From a virus: a stretch of DNA of 64,000 bases. This document shows, in pieces, positions 57,419-64,000 of this stretch. Positions within the stretch are counted from its first letter, which is position 1, and every line of letters begins with the position of its first letter. A model generated the notes under the pieces. It made no database searches. It was not told where the DNA came from and was given only the letters and a program-made list of their open reading frames with translations. Made by a program: the position numbers and the translations under genes. The stretch lies in IMG/VR virus record IMGVR_UViG_3300032307_000797, one strand, 5' to 3'.

Positions 57419-57447
57419 AAATATTTATATTTTAAAAAACTATTAAA

Positions 57448-58014
57448 ATGTCAGGAAAAGGAGTAATATCAGAAAGTGGCTTGATGCAAAGATTGGTACA
57501 AGCGAAAAAAGTAATGAATAAGGTTGACGGTGGTAACTATGAGAGAGGTCATGTAAATGAAACAATGCTTAGGTCAACACCTGAGGAATTAAACATTCCC
57601 GAAATGAGTTCCCCACAACAAAAACCAGCTCAGTATACTCCAAATAAAGTTATGGAATCAAAATTACCTGAAGCGATTAAAAGAGCAATGATTGAAAATC
57701 CAATACCACAAATAAGTTTATCTGATTCTCTTGACATGGATTTTGTTAAGAACACCAAAAAACTGATGGAAGCTGAGGGTGTGTCCACAAAACCAAAACA
57801 AACCTCATCACCGAGAGCAACCTCACAACCATCAAACATTGATATGAACGAGATTGCGATTATAATCGAAAATACCGTAAGAAAGGTATTAGATGAGAAA
57901 TTAAATCAAATTCTAACCGCGCAACAAACCCTATCAATCAACGAAAACTTAGTATTGAAAGTGGGTGACTCGGTCTTCAAAGGTAAAATTACTGGAGTAA
58001 ATAAATCCAAGTAA
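57448..58014 (+). CDS. Hypothetical late protein
   Basis: TATTTATA at 57422-57429; SKLPEAIKRAMIENPI; C-terminal LKVGDSVFKGKI. Confidence 0.65.
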   Translation: MSGKGVISESGLMQRLVQAKKVMNKVDGGNYERGHVNETMLRSTPEELNIPEMSSPQQKPAQYTPNKVMESKLPEAIKRAMIENPIPQISLSDSLDMDFVKNTKKLMEAEGVSTKPKQTSSPRATSQPSNIDMNEIAIIIENTVRKVLDEKLNQILTAQQTLSINENLVLKVGDSVFKGKITGVNKSK

Positions 58015-58068
58015 CGTTTGTTTTTTTCAAATTTTTTTGTTATTATTTAGACATACAAGTATTATTTG

Positions 58069-59289
58069 ATGTCGAAAATTAGAATATTAGCAATACCACC
58101 CGACCAATTCGGAGTAGGTAAGTACAGAATCTTAGACCCGTTCAAGTATATCGGGGATAACTATGGTGGAGATTTCCATGTCGACATTTCAATGAATGCG
58201 GATGATAACGACGAATTCTTCAAGAATTACGATATTGTTGTTTTCCATAGTTTCATACACCAAGCAACTCACGAAAAAAATCTCGAGAGAATTCAAAAAT
58301 TAAAATCACAAGGAATCAAGGTTGTGATGGATATTGATGATTTTTGGACTGTGGACCACAGGCACCCAATGCACCATCAAATCAAAATGAATGAGATTCC
58401 AAGAAAAAAAGTGGAGTTGATGAGAGCTTCGGATTGGGTTACGTGTACAACCGAAGTGTTTGAAAAATCAATACGAACAAAGTTGGGTATCAAAAATGTA
58501 ATGGTTTTTCCAAATGCAGTTGACCCCAATGAACCTCAATTTCAATCAAAACCTACAGAATCAGATAAGATACGATTTGGTTGGTTAGGTGGTTCAACCC
58601 ATTATCATGATTTAGAATTACTCTCTTCAGGTATTTCCACAATTTTAAATCAAACTCAAAATACTCAATTTGTGTTGTGTGGTTTTGATTTAAGGGGAAA
58701 TGTTACCGAAATTAATCCACAGACAGGTCAACAAAGAGTTCGACCAATCCAACCAATGGAAACTGTGTGGTATCGATATGAAAAATTATTCACCGACAAT
58801 TACAAATATGCGGATGAAGAATATAAGAAATATCTTTTAACATTTAGTGATACTGAGTATAATACCTCAGATAAAAGATATCGTCGAGTTTGGACCCAAC
58901 CCGTTGGAAAATATGCATCCAATTATAATCTATTTGATGTGTCATTAGCACCATTGGTACCAAGTGAGTTCAATGCAAATAAATCACAATTAAAAGCAAT
59001 TGAAGCGGGATTCCACAAGAAAGCATTAATTGCCAGTGAAACACTACCATATACTCTCGATTTAGTAAGTGCCGTTGAATTCGGAGGAGGAATCAACAGT
59101 AAGGGTAATTCACTATTAGTTTCTCCAAGTAAAAACCATAAACAGTGGACACAACACATGAAGAGATTAGTAGATAATCCAAACATGATTGAAGATTTGG
59201 GTAATAAACTTTATGAAACAGTAAAGGATAAGTACTCACTTCCAAATGTTTGTAATAACAGAACACAATTTTTCAAATCAATAATTTAA
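58069..59289 (+). CDS. Glycosyltransferase, GT-B fold (GT4-like)
   Basis: GVGKYRI, MDIDDFW, FPNAVD, GWLGGSTHYHD, FNANKSQLKAIEAG. Confidence 0.88.
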   Translation: MSKIRILAIPPDQFGVGKYRILDPFKYIGDNYGGDFHVDISMNADDNDEFFKNYDIVVFHSFIHQATHEKNLERIQKLKSQGIKVVMDIDDFWTVDHRHPMHHQIKMNEIPRKKVELMRASDWVTCTTEVFEKSIRTKLGIKNVMVFPNAVDPNEPQFQSKPTESDKIRFGWLGGSTHYHDLELLSSGISTILNQTQNTQFVLCGFDLRGNVTEINPQTGQQRVRPIQPMETVWYRYEKLFTDNYKYADEEYKKYLLTFSDTEYNTSDKRYRRVWTQPVGKYASNYNLFDVSLAPLVPSEFNANKSQLKAIEAGFHKKALIASETLPYTLDLVSAVEFGGGINSKGNSLLVSPSKNHKQWTQHMKRLVDNPNMIEDLGNKLYETVKDKYSLPNVCNNRTQFFKSII

Positions 59290-59301
59290 AACCAAAAAAA
59301 C

Positions 59302-59532
59302 ATGCATTATTTAGTAACAGTAGGTTACGAGTTGGAGCAACTCGACCGCAATGGAAACCCAAGACTTCAAAAAGTAAAATACATTGTTGAAGCAGAATCA
59401 GTAGAAGAAGCAACTATCGTTGTTTCAAAATACAGAGCAGGAGATATGCGTTCAAGTGAAAGTTTGGCAATCGCTAAAATGGCAATTGAGTGTATCATCG
59501 ACAAAAACAATACACCTGAATATTATCAATAA
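59302..59532 (+). CDS. DUF4494-like small protein
   Basis: YLVTVGYE...NG...KYIVEAESVEEA resembles the Bacteroidota-associated DUF4494 N-terminus. Confidence 0.55.
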   Translation: MHYLVTVGYELEQLDRNGNPRLQKVKYIVEAESVEEATIVVSKYRAGDMRSSESLAIAKMAIECIIDKNNTPEYYQ

Positions 59533-59546
59533 TCAAATACACAACT

Positions 59547-59759
59547 ATGGAATTTCACAGCAAAGACATTCAAATTCTTAGACAGTCTCAAAGTAAGTTA
59601 GCATTGGAATATGTAAACTCAATTGGTGTTAAAATCACTGTAGAGGAGTTACAAAGAATTACCGATGTATTTGTTGAATCTTGTTTAAGACCTGCAGATA
59701 ATGACTTGAAAGAAAGAATCAAGAAATTAGATAAATGGTTAGAAAGTAAAAAAGGATAA
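59547..59759 (+). CDS. Hypothetical protein (70 aa)
   Basis: In operon, A-rich leader. Confidence 0.6.
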   Translation: MEFHSKDIQILRQSQSKLALEYVNSIGVKITVEELQRITDVFVESCLRPADNDLKERIKKLDKWLESKKG

Positions 59760-59764
59760 CCCAA

Positions 59765-60352
59765 ATGAATAAAAAAGATATCGAAGATTATCTTAGTAAA
59801 TTACAGGACATTGAGAAATCTCTTCAATCGGAAGATGGTGACTTTTCTGTTATTGGTGATTTGAACAAAGTATTGTCGGCATTGGATAACGATATCCAAA
59901 CGAGTACTATGGCTAAACACAATTCTCTCAATGTCAGAATTAAAAAATTGGACCCCAATGCTGTCATCCCCTCGTATTCAAAAACAGGGGATGCCGGTAT
60001 GGACCTAACAGCGGTCCGTATAGAATATGATACGGATGGTAATGTTGTTTATGGTACAGGACTGGCAATTGAAATACCAAACGGATATGTTGGTTTATTA
60101 TTCGCTCGTAGTTCAAACGCAAAAAAAGACGTTTATCTAACCAATCATGTTGGAGTAATCGATTCGGGATATCGAGGTGAAATCATGCTAAAGTTTAGAA
60201 AAACAAAAGAGAATTACCCTCGGTACTATGAAGTAGGGGATAGAGTAGGTCAAATTATAATTTTACCATATCCAAATGTAGAGTTCATTGAATCGGAAGA
60301 ACTTTCATCAACAGAAAGAGGTGAAGGTGGATATGGTTCGAGTGGGGCATAA
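59765..60352 (+). CDS. dut: Trimeric dUTPase with N-terminal extension
   Basis: AGMDL, RSS, GVIDSGYRGE, GQ, RGEGGYGSSG motifs. Confidence 0.95.
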   Translation: MNKKDIEDYLSKLQDIEKSLQSEDGDFSVIGDLNKVLSALDNDIQTSTMAKHNSLNVRIKKLDPNAVIPSYSKTGDAGMDLTAVRIEYDTDGNVVYGTGLAIEIPNGYVGLLFARSSNAKKDVYLTNHVGVIDSGYRGEIMLKFRKTKENYPRYYEVGDRVGQIIILPYPNVEFIESEELSSTERGEGGYGSSGA

Positions 60353-60375
60353 AAATATTATTAAAAATAAATCAA

Positions 60376-61107
60376 TTGAAACGAGCAACATCTAAGTCGG
60401 GAGTAACAAAGACAACATCCTTTGTTGAAGATAAAAGAGCAAATAAGAAGGATAGAATTCGACAAATAATTAAACAACCCAAAGAAAAATTCTTAACCAA
60501 AAATCAAGAAGAATATTGGAGAATTTTAGGGGATAATGAAATCACACTTTGTTTTGGTCCTGCCGGTGTAGGTAAGTCATACATCGCAATGAAACGTGCC
60601 ATCGATTTATTATGGGACGACTCCAATAAATTTGAGAAGATTATTATTGTTCGTCCGGCAGTGGAAGCCGAGGAGAAACTTGGTTCGTTACCGGGTGGTT
60701 TAGAAGAAAAACTTGACCCATACATTTATCCGTCATATTATCTTTTGAATAAAATTATTGGTAAAGACGCTCGTGAAAAATTAAAAGAAGAAGGATTCAT
60801 TGAAATTGCTGCGCTCGCGTATATGAGAGGTTGGAACGTAGATAATACCATTCTTGTTTTTGAGGAAGCACAGAATACTACTCCTGCACAAATGAAACTT
60901 TTACTAACACGTATCGGTTTCAATTCTAAATTCTTCATCTCAGGTGATTTAGAACAATCCGACAAGTTCAAAGACAAAACCAAAACAGGTTTATACGATG
61001 CAAAAGTCAAATTGGGGGACATTAAAAATGTTGGAATTTTTGAATTTGATACAAAAGATATCGTTAGAAATCCAATAATCAGTGAAATATTAAAAAGGTA
61101 CGACTAA
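60376..61107 (+). CDS. phoH: PhoH-family ATPase
   Basis: GPAGVGKS, RPAVE, LGSLPG, AYMRG, EEAQN, GDLEQSD, VRNP. Confidence 0.93.
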   Translation: MKRATSKSGVTKTTSFVEDKRANKKDRIRQIIKQPKEKFLTKNQEEYWRILGDNEITLCFGPAGVGKSYIAMKRAIDLLWDDSNKFEKIIIVRPAVEAEEKLGSLPGGLEEKLDPYIYPSYYLLNKIIGKDAREKLKEEGFIEIAALAYMRGWNVDNTILVFEEAQNTTPAQMKLLLTRIGFNSKFFISGDLEQSDKFKDKTKTGLYDAKVKLGDIKNVGIFEFDTKDIVRNPIISEILKRYD

Positions 61108-61110
61108 ACC

Positions 61111-61141
61111 TTTACTTATAATATTTTTAAATTTATATTTC
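61111..61141 (+). promoter_or_regulatory. Host-type promoter TTTACT-N17-TATATTTC
   Basis: Ends 6 nt before ATG 61147. Confidence 0.45.
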
Positions 61142-61146
61142 CTATT

Positions 61147-61824
61147 ATGGAAGTATTTGTAAGCATTGATGGTGTACTAAGAAATACACTACAAAAATTT
61201 GATTATCACTACAAGGATTATTTCTTAAATACTGAATCAGAATTAGAGGAATCATTTGAATATGGTGTTACTGAACCTATTTTAAATGACAACGTCCTAT
61301 CATCATATAAATTTCAATCATATGATGAGTTTGTGAAATTCTTATATTTTGATTATCCCATTGAAATTTTTGGTCACGCCGGATTAAGTTATAATCAAGC
61401 ATCAACTGAATTGAATTCTTTAATATTTGAAAATCCTGATATTAAATTCACTTTGGTTGGATTAACAGAAAAAGGTAAAGCTAAACCATCTTCCCTTTTC
61501 TTTCTATCGAGAAATGGTGTAATATGTGATAATATCACGTTCGCCAAGGAAGAGGATATAAAAAATCTTTGGAAAAAATGTGATTTATGGGTTACCGATG
61601 ATAAAAGAGTCATCGACAATTGTCCTTCAAATAAAAGGGTGATTAAATTCAAGACATCTTTTAATAATCACTTTACAAATCAACTAGAAATAAATAAATT
61701 ATCAGAAATAAAAAAGGAATGGTTGAAATATTCGGAAAAAACTATTGTATCGACATTGATGGTATCACTACGAAATGTCAAACAGGTACTACTGTCAAAA
61801 ATGAAGACGGTAGCGAAAGTTTAG
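61147..61824 (+). CDS. HAD-superfamily 5'(3')-nucleotidase-like protein with degenerate first motif
   Basis: VFVSIDGVLRN (DxDGV-like), K, VTDD, FNNHF. Confidence 0.55.
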   Translation: MEVFVSIDGVLRNTLQKFDYHYKDYFLNTESELEESFEYGVTEPILNDNVLSSYKFQSYDEFVKFLYFDYPIEIFGHAGLSYNQASTELNSLIFENPDIKFTLVGLTEKGKAKPSSLFFLSRNGVICDNITFAKEEDIKNLWKKCDLWVTDDKRVIDNCPSNKRVIKFKTSFNNHFTNQLEINKLSEIKKEWLKYSEKTIVSTLMVSLRNVKQVLLSKMKTVAKV

Positions 61825-62000
61825 AAATTAACATTTTTAAATATGAAACTGTAAAAATGTGTCTCGAAAGAGTCCTAAGTGAATATCAAGAAGTTGATGA
61901 GAAAATGGGACCATTCGCACAAAGTGAATTATCAATATCATTTAAAATTGCATTTAACACACTAATAAAGTATCAAATATTAATCGAAGAAGATGAATAA
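61719..62000 (+). CDS. Hypothetical protein (93 aa)
   Basis: KYETVKMCLERVL...SFKIAFNTLIKYQIL; overlaps both neighbours. Confidence 0.6.
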   Translation: MVEIFGKNYCIDIDGITTKCQTGTTVKNEDGSESLEINIFKYETVKMCLERVLSEYQEVDEKMGPFAQSELSISFKIAFNTLIKYQILIEEDE

Positions 62001-63060
62001 ACAAGAAAACATACAGAAATTAGAGAATTCATTGAGTAAATTGGTCTCAAATGAATACACGATTTATTTCTTAACTTATGACACAAGAAATAACGCCAGA
62101 GCGTCAGTCAAACATATCTATGACATGGCACTAACACTAAAAGAAAACGGTAAAAACGTTAAAATTTTAGTTGAGGATAAAACCTATACCGGAGTTCAAG
62201 GATGGTTGGACGATAAGTATGATTCACTTGAAGTGGTCACCATCAAAGACGATAGAGTTGAGATTAAAATCGAAGATGTAATCGTTGTTCCTGAATACTA
62301 TTCAAACGTATTGGAGAACTTGGCAAACATCAAATGTGTAAAGGTTATGTTGGTTCAGCAAAAAGAATACATGTTTGAAACTTTACCAATTGGTAGTAGA
62401 TGGTCAGATTTTGGTTTTGATAAAGTAATCACAACAACTGAATCAAGTAAAAACTATATTGAAGATTATTTTAAAGAATCCATGGTTTACATCATTCCTC
62501 CGATGATTGGGGAGAATTTTAAACCATCTGAAGTTAGTGCTAAACCAACTATCGCAATCTCATGTAGAGAAAGGTCAATAAACAAGAAAATTATTTCTGA
62601 ATTTTATTTAAAATATCCACATTTAAGATGGATTAACTTCAGAGATATGAATCAGATGACATATACTGAATTTTCAGAATCATTAAAAGAGTGTATGGTT
62701 TCGGTATGGGTTGATGACGATTCTACGTTTGGAACCTTCCCACTTGAATCAATGAAATGTGGGGTACCTGTTATTGGTAAAATACCTAAAAACGAACCTG
62801 ATTGGTTGGGGGAGAATGGTATGTGGACATACGATGAGACAAAAATCACTGAAATCCTTGGAAAGTTCGTAATGGCGTGGTTAGAAGGTGTTGAGTTAAC
62901 TGATGAAGTGACTCAAAAAATGAAAGATACCTTATTACCTTACGATTCAGAGATTACAAAAGGAAACATAAACGTAATTTTCGAATCTTTTAAAACCAGT
63001 AGAGTTTTAAGTATCGAAAAAGCATTAGAAAAATTAACTAAAGAGGAGGCAACAGTATGA
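61993..63060 (+). CDS. Glycosyltransferase, GT-B-like
   Basis: DVIVVPE, DDSTFGTFPLESMKCGVPVIG (GT-B nucleotide-sugar binding region). Confidence 0.75.
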   Translation: MNKQENIQKLENSLSKLVSNEYTIYFLTYDTRNNARASVKHIYDMALTLKENGKNVKILVEDKTYTGVQGWLDDKYDSLEVVTIKDDRVEIKIEDVIVVPEYYSNVLENLANIKCVKVMLVQQKEYMFETLPIGSRWSDFGFDKVITTTESSKNYIEDYFKESMVYIIPPMIGENFKPSEVSAKPTIAISCRERSINKKIISEFYLKYPHLRWINFRDMNQMTYTEFSESLKECMVSVWVDDDSTFGTFPLESMKCGVPVIGKIPKNEPDWLGENGMWTYDETKITEILGKFVMAWLEGVELTDEVTQKMKDTLLPYDSEITKGNINVIFESFKTSRVLSIEKALEKLTKEEATV

Positions 63061-63836
63061 AAAATATAACAGTTATTCTACCCATCCATAAATGGGACGA
63101 AGATTATAAATTAATGTTTGAAAACGCGGTAAAATCTGTTGAAGAATTTTACAACGACGTTAAATTAACAATCGTAGGACCAAATGATGTGGTGTCAAAT
63201 ATTCAACTTATTTCAGATAAGTTAGAATCTAAAATTTTAAACAATGATGGCGATACCGATTTCTGTAGTCAAGTAAACCTTGGTATCGAAGATTGTGATA
63301 CCGAATGGTTCTCTATTTTAGAAGTGGACGATGAGTACAAACCATCATGGTTAAAATCAATGAATACCTATTCTAAAGAAAACCCAACCGCAGATGTTTT
63401 CCTATCAATCGTAAAGGACATCAACGTTGAGGGTAAGTTCCTTAGTTTCACCAATGAATCTACTTGGGCATACGGCTTTACCGAAAAACAGGGTATTTTA
63501 GATAATGAGGCACTTTTAGATTATCAAAACTTCCAAATTAGTGGCGGTTTGTACAGAACGTCGGTTATTAAAGAACAAGGTAAACTAAAAGAGAACATTA
63601 AATTGACATTTGGGTATGAATTTTTGCTACGTCTTACCCATAATAACGTAGTTGTTATGTCTGTTCCAAAAATTGGATATCAACACGTTAATTTCAGAGA
63701 AAACTCATTGTTTTGGTCATATAAAAACGATGATTCTATGAAAATGTCTGAAAATGAGGTAAAATTCTGGTTGGATACCGCAAAAAGAGAATTCTTCTTT
63801 AAAAATAAACGAGAAATAAACTATGTAGAGAACTAA
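63057..63836 (+). CDS. Glycosyltransferase family 2 (GT-A)
   Basis: ITVILPIH, NLGIEDCDTEWFSILEVDD, YEFLLRL. Confidence 0.8.
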   Translation: MKNITVILPIHKWDEDYKLMFENAVKSVEEFYNDVKLTIVGPNDVVSNIQLISDKLESKILNNDGDTDFCSQVNLGIEDCDTEWFSILEVDDEYKPSWLKSMNTYSKENPTADVFLSIVKDINVEGKFLSFTNESTWAYGFTEKQGILDNEALLDYQNFQISGGLYRTSVIKEQGKLKENIKLTFGYEFLLRLTHNNVVVMSVPKIGYQHVNFRENSLFWSYKNDDSMKMSENEVKFWLDTAKREFFFKNKREINYVEN

Positions 63837-63837
63837 C

Positions 63838-64000
63838 ATGCCGCGTAAACGTACCCAAAAAATTTATTTTGGGGAGGAACAAGAACAAGCGGTAGTAAGA
63901 TATCTCGAATCCGACTCCGAAACAGAAAAGAACAAGATATTCAATGAATATTTAAGAGAACCTCTCATTATAATGGTCGAATCAATTATTCGACGATACA
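63838..64000 (+). CDS. 5' part of a putative phage RNA polymerase sigma-like factor (gp55-like); partial
   Basis: MPRKRTQKIYFGEEQEQAVVRYLESDSETEKNKIFNEYLREPLIIMVESIIRRY resembles sigma region 1.2-2.1; truncated by window end. Confidence 0.45.
   Translation, partial: MPRKRTQKIYFGEEQEQAVVRYLESDSETEKNKIFNEYLREPLIIMVESIIRRY

Noticed and set aside
1-64000. Stop-codon reassignment as seen in some jumbo/Bacteroidota phages
   Set aside because: Conserved genes are full length in code 11 and coding density is high.

Overview
AT-rich (roughly one-third GC by eye), densely coding segment of a large T4-like/jumbo myovirus genome read in standard code 11. The host is probably a Bacteroidota bacterium: a TTTG-N20-TATATTTG promoter, A-rich leaders without Shine-Dalgarno, a DUF4494-like gene and SprB-like modules all point that way. 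The window holds (i) a contractile-tail module in canonical order (neck gp13/gp14-like, gp15-like, sheath, tube, chaperone, tape measure, tube initiator, LysM/gpX, hub, gp25, gp6 wedge), split by (ii) a replication block (SSB, UvsX/RecA, 5'-3' exonuclease, DnaB-like helicase, NrdB, NrdA), plus PolB and an SNF2 helicase; (iii) Pro/Thr-rich modular fibre/adhesin genes; (iv) a late cluster of probable head/internal proteins including a WYL protein; and (v) three glycosyltransferases, dUTPase, PhoH and a truncated sigma-like gene. Main observations beyond the ORF track: a probable +1 programmed frameshift in the tail-assembly chaperone; a pervasive [S/T]-G-x-T motif in virion proteins alongside phage glycosyltransferases (candidate virion glycosylation system); a ubiquitin-like protein without GG among the fibre genes; an ORF-free origin/ncRNA-like element (promoter, ACTAG repeats, parS-like site, terminator); a TATTTATA late-promoter motif; a hidden RHH regulator; and apparent GATC avoidance. 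All functional calls come from motif recognition by eye; no database searches were run.
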